Positions 43,401-51,990 of a DNA stretch of 64,000 nucleotides are shown piece after piece. The DNA comes from Candidatus Enterousia sp. (GTDB lineage: Bacteria > Pseudomonadota > Alphaproteobacteria > Rs-D84): positions 3,042 to 67,041 of the forward strand of contig JAZQRR010000006.1 in assembly GCA_045629645.1 (NCBI GenBank), in the 5' to 3' direction. The position numbers were made by a program, and so were the translations under genes. The notes below the pieces were generated by a model. That model was not told the DNA's origin. It saw only the letters and a list, made by a program, of their open reading frames with translations, and did not search any database. Each line of letters opens with the position of its first letter. Within the stretch, counting starts at the first letter, position 1.

Positions 43401-43951
43401 ATACGTGTCAATCTTGATTCTTCATGACTGGTACGAAAACCATCAAAGAAATGCAAGAACGGCACACGACTGCGAATTGTTGCAGCATGTGCAATTGCAG
43501 CCATATCGTGCGCCTGTTGAACATTATGCGACGCCAACATTGCAAAACCAGTACCGCGCACAGACATAACATCACTGTGATCACCAAATATTGACAACGC
43601 ATGTGTTGCCAGTGCACGCGCTGCAACATGCATAACAAATGGTGTTTGTTCACCTGCAATTTTGTACATATTTGGAATCATTAACAGCAAGCCTTGGGAT
43701 GCAGTAAAAGTTGTTGCCAAACTGCCCATCTGTAACGCGCCATGCATTGCGCCGGCGGCACCTGCTTCGGATTGCATTTCAATTATCTGTGGTATTGCCC
43801 CCCAGATATTTTTCTTGTGTTGGAACGACCATTCGTCCGCCAATTCGCCCATTGTACTGCTGGGGGTAATTGGATAAATCGCTGCAAAATCAACACATCT
43901 GTACGCAACATCGGCCGCAGCCCAGTTTCCATCAACAATCAATTTAGACAT
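40442..43951 (-). CDS. nifJ: pyruvate:ferredoxin (flavodoxin) oxidoreductase
   Basis: Trimmed to ATG 43951 (AAGGAAG upstream). About 1169 aa. Two 4Fe-4S motifs CIQCGKCAMLCPH and CTGCNLCVKHCP. TPP site GGDGWAYDIG. Confidence 0.96.
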   Translation of the reverse strand: MSKLIVDGNWAAADVAYRCVDFAAIYPITPSSTMGELADEWSFQHKKNIWGAIPQIIEMQSEAGAAGAMHGALQMGSLATTFTASQGLLLMIPNMYKIAGEQTPFVMHVAARALATHALSIFGDHSDVMSVRGTGFAMLASHNVQQAHDMAAIAHAATIRSRVPFLHFFDGFRTSHEESRLTRIDDEVLRKMIPNKTVLENRQRGMTPDRPTIRGTAQNPDVYFQGREAANPLYDSVPEIVQNCMDEFADLTGRRYNVVDYVGDKNAENVIVAMGSAVDTIEETLPYLPAGLGVVKIRLYRPFPVDVFRNVLPQSVKRIAVLDRTKEPGSIGEPLYQDVKSVVNPDVQVFGGRYGLGSKEFKPRDVKAVFEGLMRGTIHHNFTVGIEDDLTGLSLKTDMAFSVENPDVKTAILYGIGSDGTVGAVKNIVKIVGENSDLYPQSYAVYDSKKSGGLTASHVRFADNPIKSQYLVESADFISVSNFMIAQRFDVFKSLRAGGTVMINTAMAPDVAFANLPKDTQEHLIRMRADVYFLDANRAAMELGLGNRINTFIMLNFFNLTKVIDPAVAAQSAKTAIEKTYKKKGMDVVKANWAAVDKAADYLVRYQMPSSVSSFAPDFAPAMTEDAPSEIAGTLGEIAAQRGDAIPVSRFRVDGQFGGGQYPVGTAKYEKRGVSDRVATVDLNKCIQCGKCAMLCPHAVIRIKAMTEQQAKQAQEKGITVVPMKTPELGANMYFTINISAADCTGCNLCVKHCPVGALSMVNAADVMPEQQLAFDAAEKIPNIERDKLNLNIPKHIELLPHYFEFPGACAGCGETPYVRMLSHLFGDRMVVANATGCSSIYGANLPTTPWTCDANGRGPAWSNSLFEDNAEYGLGMRLALNQKRDNLKALLFEVGIDNVEDLFKETNPEKQRQIESDLRERLAKIDSERARLAESLVGEIVDKSVWIIGGDGWAYDIGYGGVDHVLHSGENVNILVLDTEGYSNTGGQQSKSTPFGASMKFAIGGKEHAKKDLGMIAMMSGAYVAQIALGVNQAQAIRAFREAESFDGPSIILAYAPCIAHGFALQNGPEHQMQMVQTGSWPLFRFDPRLIADGHNPLTMDSNVDNLAPLEEFLKTESRFGAARAANAQFDKLVDMAKANNAYKSELKKHIAQFAMHNTPIVKENGEG

Positions 43952-44020
43952 ATATACTTCCTTCGCTTGTTTTTTATCGGACAAATAATAGCCATAAAAA
44001 AGCCCCAAGGCAAGACATAA

Positions 44021-44052
44021 TAAATAAAAAACTGGGCATCGCCCAGTTTTTT
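44021..44052. repeat. 32-nt palindromic terminator, copy 1 of an identical pair
   Basis: TAAATAAAAAACTGGGCATCGCCCAGTTTTTT, identical to 45252-45283. Confidence 0.85.
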
Positions 44053-44654
44053 TATCTTCCAGAATGTTCCCTCACAATTTTAATAACCCCTGGAAACGGA
44101 TATTGCCTAAACAACGCTTTTTTCTTTTCCTTGTCTTCATAACGCATATCTTTACGTACAAATCCCAAAGGTAAAGTTTTATCAAAAACAATCACATCAT
44201 CCCAACCTTTTGGATTTTGCAATTGATATGGGAAATATTGCTTTTCAATACCTTCAATAAAAATTGCATTAAATTTCAAATTTTTATTACCAAAGAAAAA
44301 ACTTCTATGCATCCCATCAATCAGCAAAGGTTTTCCTTCTATTACTTCTACAATGGGTGGTGTCAAAACAAAATCCGTTGCAACATTACGAACTTTATAA
44401 GATAAAAAACCTTGCAAATCAGGTATATACACACCTTGTTTGTCAAAAAAATTATATAAATTTTCTATTTTCTTTAACTGTTCATTTAACACAAACTTTT
44501 GTGTTGGAAACAACAAATCCCTTGATACTTTTCCTACAGATATATCGGAATTTTTAAATGGCAAAATTAATTTGTCTGATAACAAATAAGTATTTCTCAT
44601 AACATTTAACAGATCCGCTTTTGTGTACAATTTCCAATCTACAATATCTATCAA
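44052..44654 (-). CDS. ParB/sulfiredoxin-fold (ParB-like nuclease domain) protein
   Basis: 200 aa. TTG start with AGGAG 7 nt upstream. ..LLFPTQKFV.. and ..GKPLLIDGMHRSFFFG.. match the ParB N-terminal-domain pattern (PtQ ... idGhHR). Confidence 0.65.
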   Translation of the reverse strand: MIDIVDWKLYTKADLLNVMRNTYLLSDKLILPFKNSDISVGKVSRDLLFPTQKFVLNEQLKKIENLYNFFDKQGVYIPDLQGFLSYKVRNVATDFVLTPPIVEVIEGKPLLIDGMHRSFFFGNKNLKFNAIFIEGIEKQYFPYQLQNPKGWDDVIVFDKTLPLGFVRKDMRYEDKEKKKALFRQYPFPGVIKIVREHSGR

Positions 44655-44724
44655 TCAACTCTCCTTTTTTCTTTATCGCGTATCAAATTCGTGATATGAT
44701 AGCAAAACACAAAGGGAAAAAACA

Positions 44725-45258
44725 ATGAAAAAAATATATTTTGATATGGATGGCGTATTAGCAGATTTTGACAAATCTGCGGACGCAATATTCCCACGCA
44801 CAACAAATCTTAATTTATCCACATCAGAAATGTCAAATCAATCACATTTACAAAAACAAGAACGTTGGAAAATAATAGAAAGAACCCCAAATTTTTGGCG
44901 CGATATTCCACAAATACCAAATATTATAGAAGTATTAAAAGTTGCAGATAAAATTGGTGAATTATTCATCCTCAGCAAGACGCCTGCTGCAAAACATTTC
45001 TCAACAGCCGAAACATATACAAATTTTATTGCCAGTGAAAAAAAGAACTGGATACTACAAAACTTTGCAAAATATTTCAAAGAACAAAATATAATCATTT
45101 CAAATATCGACAAAGAAAAATTAATAAAACCAACCACAAATGATATATTAATAGATGACCGCCCTCAAAATATTACACAATGGTGCAGTGCTGGCGGTAT
45201 CGGCATATTGTTTACAACCCCACAAAACACAATATCTATATTAAATGAACTTAAATAA
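44725..45258 (+). CDS. HAD-superfamily 5'(3')-deoxyribonucleotidase (NT5C-like)
   Basis: 177 aa. MKKIYFDMDGVLADFDK (DxDG HAD motif I), ..ILIDDRPQN... Confidence 0.7.
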   Translation: MKKIYFDMDGVLADFDKSADAIFPRTTNLNLSTSEMSNQSHLQKQERWKIIERTPNFWRDIPQIPNIIEVLKVADKIGELFILSKTPAAKHFSTAETYTNFIASEKKNWILQNFAKYFKEQNIIISNIDKEKLIKPTTNDILIDDRPQNITQWCSAGGIGILFTTPQNTISILNELK

Positions 45259-45283
45259 AAAACTGGGCATCGCCCAGTTTTTT
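45252..45283. repeat. 32-nt palindromic terminator, copy 2 of an identical pair
   Basis: TAAATAAAAAACTGGGCATCGCCCAGTTTTTT. It contains the NT5C stop and abuts the ctpA stop. Confidence 0.85.
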
Positions 45284-46658
45284 ATTTGTCTGCTTTTTCA
45301 TCATCCGTTTTTATATCGGCTGATTTATTTTGCAGTTTTGCCATTGCGACAACCATATCCATTGCACGTTGCAATTGATAATCCAAGGCATCTTTTTCCG
45401 CATCTGTCAATTCTTTATTTGAATTTGCATCATCTTGTTTTTTATCAGCTTTCTTTTTTGCCTGTTCATTTTTCAAGGCATTTTTAAATGACGCCTCGGA
45501 ATAAGTACCTTCTTTTTTCTCCAAGACTTCTAACTTTGATTGTAAAACTTCAATATCAGGCGTAATTCCTTCGTTTTGGATTGAACGTCCAGATGGTGTA
45601 TAATAACGGGCAATTGTAATATGTATCGCTGTACCATCCCCAAGTGGTTTTTGTTGTTGTACACTGCCCTTGCCAAAAGATTGCGATCCCATAACCAAGC
45701 CACGATTATTGTCTTGGATTGCACCTGCAACAATTTCTGAAGCGGACGCAGAACCATGGTTAATCAAAACAACAACAGGTTTACCATTTGCCAAATCCCC
45801 CTGTTTTGCATACACACGTTCAATATCCGTTTCCGACTTGCCGCGCGTAGAAACAATTTCCCCGCTGTCCAAGAACGCATCAGACACATCAATTGCTGCG
45901 GTCAAATACCCCCCTGGATTATTTCGCACATCTAAAACATAACCAACAACGCCTTTCTTTTCCAACTTCTTTAACGCATCATTTAAATCACGCGCAGTTG
46001 TTGCACCAAAATCAGATATTCTGATATATCCAATTTTTTTCGCATTTTCATCATCTGCATCTGCGTTTGCCAGCATTTTTTCTTCAAATTTAACAGACTT
46101 TACTTTGATGATATCGCGTTTTAATGTCAGTGTTTTTGATTCCCCTTTGTCATCCAATATCGTTAATTTAACCTTGGTTCCTGGGCGTCCTTTCATTTTC
46201 TTCACCGCCTGATTCAAAGTCAAATCAAACACTTGTTCCCCATCAATATGTGTAATATAATCACCTGCCTTGATGCCAGCCTTGTCCGCAGGCGTATCAT
46301 CAATCGGCGAAATAACACGCACAGCACCACGATCGCTAGTAATCTGAATTCCCAGACCACCAAACTGTCCATGTGATTTTTCACTAAATTCTTTAAAATC
46401 ATCTGCTGACAAATAAGACGAATGAGGATCCAGCGCACCCAACATACCGTTCATCGCCGCTTCCAGCATCTTTTTTTCATCTGCTTCTTCGACAAAGTTT
46501 TCACGTGCCACTTCAAAAACCATCGCCAGTTTTTTCAGTTCTTGATATATCTGTTCATCCGTCAAATGAACAACAGGTTCTTCTTTTTTCTTGTTATCCG
46601 CAGCACCTGCAAATACAGGCACCAACAACATTAATAAAACAGACAAATATTTAAACAC
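45282..46658 (-). CDS. ctpA: carboxy-terminal processing protease (S41)
   Basis: 458 aa, GTG start. Signal peptide, PDZ (GGLGIQI..), catalytic region GSASASEIVAGAIQD..GKGSVQ. Confidence 0.92.
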   Translation of the reverse strand: MFKYLSVLLMLLVPVFAGAADNKKKEEPVVHLTDEQIYQELKKLAMVFEVARENFVEEADEKKMLEAAMNGMLGALDPHSSYLSADDFKEFSEKSHGQFGGLGIQITSDRGAVRVISPIDDTPADKAGIKAGDYITHIDGEQVFDLTLNQAVKKMKGRPGTKVKLTILDDKGESKTLTLKRDIIKVKSVKFEEKMLANADADDENAKKIGYIRISDFGATTARDLNDALKKLEKKGVVGYVLDVRNNPGGYLTAAIDVSDAFLDSGEIVSTRGKSETDIERVYAKQGDLANGKPVVVLINHGSASASEIVAGAIQDNNRGLVMGSQSFGKGSVQQQKPLGDGTAIHITIARYYTPSGRSIQNEGITPDIEVLQSKLEVLEKKEGTYSEASFKNALKNEQAKKKADKKQDDANSNKELTDAEKDALDYQLQRAMDMVVAMAKLQNKSADIKTDDEKADK

Positions 46659-46798
46659 TTCCTATCCTCTTTGTTTACATATATGCCCCAGCATAAAATA
46701 AAATCCCCGCGTATTCAATACGATTTTTATAAAAACAACAAAGTATTGACAAATGCAAAATATGTATTACATTATATAATGTAAGCAAAGGACAAAAA

Positions 46799-47530
46799 TT
46801 GACTAAACGATCAAAATATATAAAACAGATAGAAGAAAATCGCATCATAATCACAAACAAGTTGTTTGATGCGGCGTCTGTCAAGCGTTTAAACAATATA
46901 AATTGGTTACGTCACGAAATATCGTACACCGAACCACGCATACTGTTCCAAGTTTCAAAAAAAGAGCAAGTTTATCACTTGGATTTCAACTGTATGAACA
47001 ATATTGGCATTGCTTATGATTATACGGTAAAACACACAGATAACACCGTACATATTGACGGTAACGAGATATGTAAACTGCACTCTTTGCTGTGTAACAA
47101 TACATATATTGATGGTGGCAAATTCCGAACAACTTCAAAAATTCTGGAAATGACGGTAAACGGCAAACGTATGCATGCCCCCGAAGCACACAACATACCA
47201 CATCTGCTGAATGATATCGTATATAAAATACACAATGACACCAAAGACATATTATATCGTGCCTTTGACGCCCATTACGAATTGATTGCTTTACAAGCAT
47301 TTGACGATTTCAATAAACGTACTGCACGTTTAGTTATGAATTGGATACTGGTCCAAAACGGATATCGCCCAATTGTTTTCAATAAACCAAGCGATAAACA
47401 AAAATACAAGGAAGCAATTAAAACATATGCCGAAGGCAATAAAAAAGAATATTATGAATATATGTTATCGTGCATGTACAGAACACAACAAGACATTATA
47501 AAATTATTAAATAAATCAAAAAACCTGTAA
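46799..47530 (+). CDS. Fic/DOC-family protein with a degenerate active-site motif (His replaced by Gln)
   Basis: 243 aa. TTG start with AAGGA upstream. ..IDGGKFRTTS.. plus motif QAFDDFNKRTAR (47294-47326), against canonical HxFx(D/E)(G/A)N(G/K)RxxR. Confidence 0.75.
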   Translation: MTKRSKYIKQIEENRIIITNKLFDAASVKRLNNINWLRHEISYTEPRILFQVSKKEQVYHLDFNCMNNIGIAYDYTVKHTDNTVHIDGNEICKLHSLLCNNTYIDGGKFRTTSKILEMTVNGKRMHAPEAHNIPHLLNDIVYKIHNDTKDILYRAFDAHYELIALQAFDDFNKRTARLVMNWILVQNGYRPIVFNKPSDKQKYKEAIKTYAEGNKKEYYEYMLSCMYRTQQDIIKLLNKSKNL

Positions 47531-47575
47531 CAACTTGAACAGGTTTTTTTATAAAAACAATGCATTAAAACAAAT

Positions 47576-48292
47576 TTATTCCAAAACTTGATTTTGCAAA
47601 TCAATAAGTTTTTGACAACCATTTTGTGCCAACGCCATCAATTCTGATAATTGCGCAGCCTCAAAAGGATGTTGTTCACCTGTTGCTTGAATTTCTACAA
47701 ACTTTCCACTTCCAGAAACAACAAAATTCGCATCCATTTCAGCAACACAATCTTCTTCATAATCCAAATCCAGAATCAAATTCCCCTGCCATACCCCAGC
47801 GGACACAGCTGCGACACTATCTAAAACAGGATTTTCTGCAATACGACCGCGCGCCATCAACCACCTTACTGCCAGATTTAATGCAACAAAAGCCCCTGTA
47901 ATACTGGCGCATCTGGTTCCACCATCTGCCTGAATAACATCACAATCAATCGTAATTGTATGCTTGCCCAATTTTTCCATATCAACGACACTGCGCAAAC
48001 TGCGACCAATCAACCGAGATATTTCTGCGCTGCGGTTATCCTTCATTAACGCTTCGCGTCCTTTGCGGGTACCATTTGCACGTGGCAACATAGAATATTC
48101 CGCAGTAACCCAACCGCCCGTTTTATTTTGCATCCGTTTCCACACGGGCTGATTCAAATCCACAGACGCATTACATAACACATGTGTTCCGCCAATTTTT
48201 ATCAGACAAGATCCTTCGGCCCATTTATTTACCCCTGTTTCAATGGACACAGGTCTCATTTGATCGTTTTTCCGTAAAGATGGTCTTAACAT
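47576..48292 (-). CDS. rph: ribonuclease PH
   Basis: 238 aa. ..EGSCLIKIGGTHVLC.., ..DCDVIQADGGTRCASITG... Confidence 0.95.
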   Translation of the reverse strand: MLRPSLRKNDQMRPVSIETGVNKWAEGSCLIKIGGTHVLCNASVDLNQPVWKRMQNKTGGWVTAEYSMLPRANGTRKGREALMKDNRSAEISRLIGRSLRSVVDMEKLGKHTITIDCDVIQADGGTRCASITGAFVALNLAVRWLMARGRIAENPVLDSVAAVSAGVWQGNLILDLDYEEDCVAEMDANFVVSGSGKFVEIQATGEQHPFEAAQLSELMALAQNGCQKLIDLQNQVLE

Positions 48293-48413
48293 AAAAAATC
48301 CTTTTTATACAAATTTTTTTTCATTATATAAAAGAGATATTTTTTTGCAATTTTTTTTAAATTTGATTTTTGGTATAATATTGTTATCCTATCACCTTTG
48401 AAAAAGGATTTAT

Positions 48414-49436
48414 ATGTCAGCACAGACAAAACGCCTGATAAAAAAGATTATAAGTTATTCGGGTATATTTTTCTTTATATTGGCTGCCGCAATGCTGTGG
48501 TGGCAATTACGTGAATACAGCCTACGCGATATTGCACATGCAATTCTGGATATACCATTTACAAATTTAACATTAGCATGCATTGCGTGCTTTGCTGGGT
48601 ATGTCGCATTGGCATTATACGATTATTTGGCACTTAATTATGTCGGCAGTCGCGTTTCTTGGTGGAAGTGGATGTTGGCTGGAATGTTAGGATTTGCAAT
48701 CAGCAACAATGCCGGACATGCCGTCGTCAGCGGTGGCGCAATCCGATACAGATTATATACACGCTGGCGCATACGCGGTGGCGATATTTTAAAAATGCTG
48801 ACAATATCTGGATTTACATACTTCTTGGGTGCATCAGCGATTGTTGTTATTGGATATTTTTTAATTCCCCAGACTATTTTTGACAACTCGATTGGAGCCA
48901 GTATGGGTTTAAACTCGCTGTTCATATTCTGTACCACAGTTTTATTAACATATTTTGCAATTACACTGTTTTTTTATAAAAAAAGCATAAAAATTGGCGA
49001 TATAAAATTTCAAATACCTTCAACCAAGATGGCATTTCAACAGACGATACTGGGCATAACAGACAGTGTATTGGCTGGTTTGGTTTTATACTTTTGTTTA
49101 ATACCGTTTGTACAAATACCATTTGGCACATTTATTGGACTGTTTGTAATTGCGCAAACAACCGGTGTTTTCAGTCAGGTTCCAGGTGGCATTGGCGTAT
49201 TTGAATCAGTATTCTTGCTGGCACTGCCAAACAGCATAGACAAGGCAAGCATATTCGGTGCCCTGTTGGCGTATCGTATTATATACTATGTTTTACCACT
49301 AATCGGTGTTGGCACATTATTTTTCGTATATGAACGTTGGTTACGTTCGCGGATGAAACGTTGGCTGGCCGAAGCAAAACAAATAATTCCTGCGAAAATC
49401 AAACAAATAAAGTCTGAAATAACAGACAAAAAATAA
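48414..49436 (+). CDS. LPG-synthase-TM / UPF0104 flippase-like integral membrane protein
   Basis: 340 aa, about 8 TM segments. N-terminal region resembles the MprF membrane domain (..YDYLALNY.., ..GGAIRYRLY..). Confidence 0.65.
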   Translation: MSAQTKRLIKKIISYSGIFFFILAAAMLWWQLREYSLRDIAHAILDIPFTNLTLACIACFAGYVALALYDYLALNYVGSRVSWWKWMLAGMLGFAISNNAGHAVVSGGAIRYRLYTRWRIRGGDILKMLTISGFTYFLGASAIVVIGYFLIPQTIFDNSIGASMGLNSLFIFCTTVLLTYFAITLFFYKKSIKIGDIKFQIPSTKMAFQQTILGITDSVLAGLVLYFCLIPFVQIPFGTFIGLFVIAQTTGVFSQVPGGIGVFESVFLLALPNSIDKASIFGALLAYRIIYYVLPLIGVGTLFFVYERWLRSRMKRWLAEAKQIIPAKIKQIKSEITDKK

Positions 49437-49441
49437 ATACC

Positions 49442-49470
49442 TTGATAACGCACTTATTGTATTGTACAAT
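49442..49470 (+). promoter_or_regulatory. sigma70-like promoter of rne
   Basis: TTGATA (49442-47), 17 nt, TACAAT (49465-70). It overlaps the 9-bp palindrome CTTATTGTA-TTG-TACAATAAG. Confidence 0.45.
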
Positions 49471-49640
49471 AAGACCCGTGTATAACATAGGATTATAATA
49501 AGTGTTCGTATTATCACTATTTTCAATAGTCTGCATGGCGCTGTTTGTTATCGTTGCGCTATCCCTTGGCATGGGCTGGGACGCCCCACGGGGACAGGTT
49601 ATTGCCGCGATATACACCCCAAAAACAAAAGGATTACTTA
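49471..49640 (+). promoter_or_regulatory. long structured 5' UTR of the RNase E gene
   Basis: About 165 nt between the predicted promoter and ATG 49641, with GC-rich hairpins (GCGC..GCGC, CCCC-ACGG-GG). Long autoregulatory rne leaders are known in other proteobacteria. Confidence 0.35.
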
Positions 49641-51431
49641 ATGTCAAAGAAAATATATGTGGATGCAGTCCACCCGGAAGAAACACGTGTTGTTGTTGTG
49701 GACACTACAACAAATCGTGTTTCTGATTTTGATGTTGAAACAACAACAAAACCACAAATCAAGGGCAATATTTATCTGGCCAAGGTTATTCGCGTTGAAC
49801 CTTCTTTACAGGCAGCGTTTGTTGATTATGGTTCTGGCAAGAACGGATTTTTGCCATTTTCTGAAATACATCCTGACTATTATCAGGTATCAGCGGAACA
49901 AAAAAAGAAATTATTGGAATTGGCGCATGCAAACATTGTTGACGACGACGACGACCCAAACGACGAAGAAGACGAAGTTGCCGAATACGATGATCACAGC
50001 GCAGGCGAAGACAACAAAGAATTTGTTAAACGCGCACGTGAATTTAAAATCCAAGATGTAATAAAACCAAAACAAATCTTGCTGATTCAAGGTGTCAAAG
50101 AAGAACGCGGTCAAAAAGGCGCGTCTATGACAACATACTTGTCTTTGGCGGGTCGTTTTGCTGTATTAATGCCAAACTCACGCAAACGCAACAGTTATGG
50201 TATATCCAAGAAAATATCCGACAAATCAGAACGTGCCAGATTACGTGATGTATTACACTCTTTAAAAATACCAAAGGGCATGACTGTTGTACTGCGTACT
50301 GCGGCCATGGGTGCAAACCCAAATGAAATATCTGCCGACTATGATTATCTGGTAAATTTATGGAATGAAATACGTAAAATCACACTGGAATCTGTCGCGC
50401 CTGTAACAATTCACACAGAAGATTCGTTATTGCGCCGTGTTGTTCGCGACTTCCTTAGCGACAAAGAAGACACGCTTGTTATACAAGGCGAAGAAGCCTT
50501 TGATGCGGCAAAACAATATTTCCAACAAATGTATGGTCGCGCACCACGCAAACAATTGGTCCATTACAAAGATTCTGCTGTACCATTAATGGTCAAGGCA
50601 GGCGTTGAAAAGCAACTGGAAGGCTTACATGGTCCATACGTTCAATTACCTTCTGGCGGTTCATTGGTTATAAATCAAACCGAAGCGATGGTAACAATTG
50701 ACGTAAACTCTTCACGCGCCATCAAGGAAAAAGATATTGAACAAACTGCATTAAACACAAATCTAGAAGCCGCCGAAGAAATCGCATTACAACTGCGTCT
50801 GCGCGATTTGGCAGGCATTGTTGCAATTGACTTTATCGATATGGAAGAAGAAAAGAACAATCGCAAACTGGAATTAAAAATGCGCGAAGTAATGAAACGC
50901 GACCGTGCGCGTACCCAAGTTGCAAAAATAAATAACTTTGGCGTATTGATGCTGTCGCGACAAAGACTGCGCAGCAGTTTTATGGAATCTTCATACGTTG
51001 CGTGTCCACACTGTATGGGCGCAGGCGTTGTTCCTTCGATACAAACATCTGCTATAATCATGTTCCGTCATTTACAAGAAAAATTATTGGCAAAATCTGC
51101 CCAAAAAATCATTATGACGGTACCAACAGATGTCGCAATATATCTGTTGAACCACAAACGTGCCGAATTGGCAGAAATGGAAGAAAAATTCGAAACAGAA
51201 ATTGTTATCGTTGGCGACGACAGTTTATTAAATATCGACCAATATTCAATACAACGTGTTGCCCCAGAACAAAACAAAACAGAAGATTTGTTAACCGCGC
51301 ACGCGCCATCAACAGATATCAAGAAAAAGAACACACAACATCTTGATGCAAAACGCACAACGATATCTGCAAACAGACGCAAACGCAAAAAACAACAAAA
51401 GAAATCCTTCTGGAAAAAACTGGTCAGCTAA
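49641..51431 (+). CDS. rne: ribonuclease E/G family endoribonuclease (short form, no long C-terminal scaffold)
   Basis: Trimmed to ATG 49641. MSKKIYVDAVHPEETRVVVVD, S1 domain GNIYLAKVIRVEPSLQAAFVDYG, acidic insert DDDDDPNDEEDE, catalytic core ..TIDVNS.., Zn-link CPHC. Confidence 0.9.
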   Translation: MSKKIYVDAVHPEETRVVVVDTTTNRVSDFDVETTTKPQIKGNIYLAKVIRVEPSLQAAFVDYGSGKNGFLPFSEIHPDYYQVSAEQKKKLLELAHANIVDDDDDPNDEEDEVAEYDDHSAGEDNKEFVKRAREFKIQDVIKPKQILLIQGVKEERGQKGASMTTYLSLAGRFAVLMPNSRKRNSYGISKKISDKSERARLRDVLHSLKIPKGMTVVLRTAAMGANPNEISADYDYLVNLWNEIRKITLESVAPVTIHTEDSLLRRVVRDFLSDKEDTLVIQGEEAFDAAKQYFQQMYGRAPRKQLVHYKDSAVPLMVKAGVEKQLEGLHGPYVQLPSGGSLVINQTEAMVTIDVNSSRAIKEKDIEQTALNTNLEAAEEIALQLRLRDLAGIVAIDFIDMEEEKNNRKLELKMREVMKRDRARTQVAKINNFGVLMLSRQRLRSSFMESSYVACPHCMGAGVVPSIQTSAIIMFRHLQEKLLAKSAQKIIMTVPTDVAIYLLNHKRAELAEMEEKFETEIVIVGDDSLLNIDQYSIQRVAPEQNKTEDLLTAHAPSTDIKKKNTQHLDAKRTTISANRRKRKKQQKKSFWKKLVS

Positions 51432-51460
51432 AAAAAATCCCCAAATCGGGGATTTTTTTT
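51432..51460. terminator. bidirectional terminator (ATCCCC/GGGGAT family)
   Basis: AAAAAAATCCCCAAATCGGGGATTTTTTTT. Confidence 0.75.
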
Positions 51461-51860
51461 ATATCTTTTCAATATAATCTACTTCTATTTCTGTTTTAAA
51501 GATACCACGGTCAACATCACCGTACAATTTCACTGTATCTTGCGGGGTAATTGTTTGGCCACGCCATGCATCGTCATCTATTTCAACAGTAATGGAACCT
51601 GTTGAATCTTCAAACAAGAACTTTTCGTCACCCATACGCTGGATAATATTACCTTTGACAATAACTGGAATATCATCACGCATTTCATTTACTTGTTTAA
51701 TTGTAACAATTGTTTCATTACCACTTACAAAACCACCCTTTGCATTATGTGTTACCACGGTTTTATCATTCATGGCCTGCGCATCAGGTCCGTCAAAATT
51801 CGCCATTGCACCGCCAACCGATAACAATACTGCTAATACAGTCATTGAAACTTTCTTCAT
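51459..51860 (-). CDS. periplasmic OB-fold protein (YgiW/YdeI, BOF family)
   Basis: Trimmed to ATG 51860 (AAGGAG upstream). Signal peptide. ..VTIKQVNEMRDDIPVIVKGNIIQRMGDEKFLFEDSTGSITVEIDDD... Confidence 0.8.
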   Translation of the reverse strand: MKKVSMTVLAVLLSVGGAMANFDGPDAQAMNDKTVVTHNAKGGFVSGNETIVTIKQVNEMRDDIPVIVKGNIIQRMGDEKFLFEDSTGSITVEIDDDAWRGQTITPQDTVKLYGDVDRGIFKTEIEVDYIEKI

Positions 51861-51942
51861 ATATATCTCCTTTTGTTTCATCTACCCTTATTATAACACA
51901 ATACAACAATCAAAATAACTAGGAAAAAATTATTTAATACAA

Positions 51943-51971
51943 TTGACAAACCTGTACATTTGTACTATATA
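51943..51971 (+). promoter_or_regulatory. sigma70-like promoter
   Basis: TTGACA (51943-48), 17 nt, TATATA (51966-71). SD AGAGGGG before ATG 51991. Confidence 0.5.
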
Positions 51972-51990
51972 AGATAAAGAGGGGCTACAT

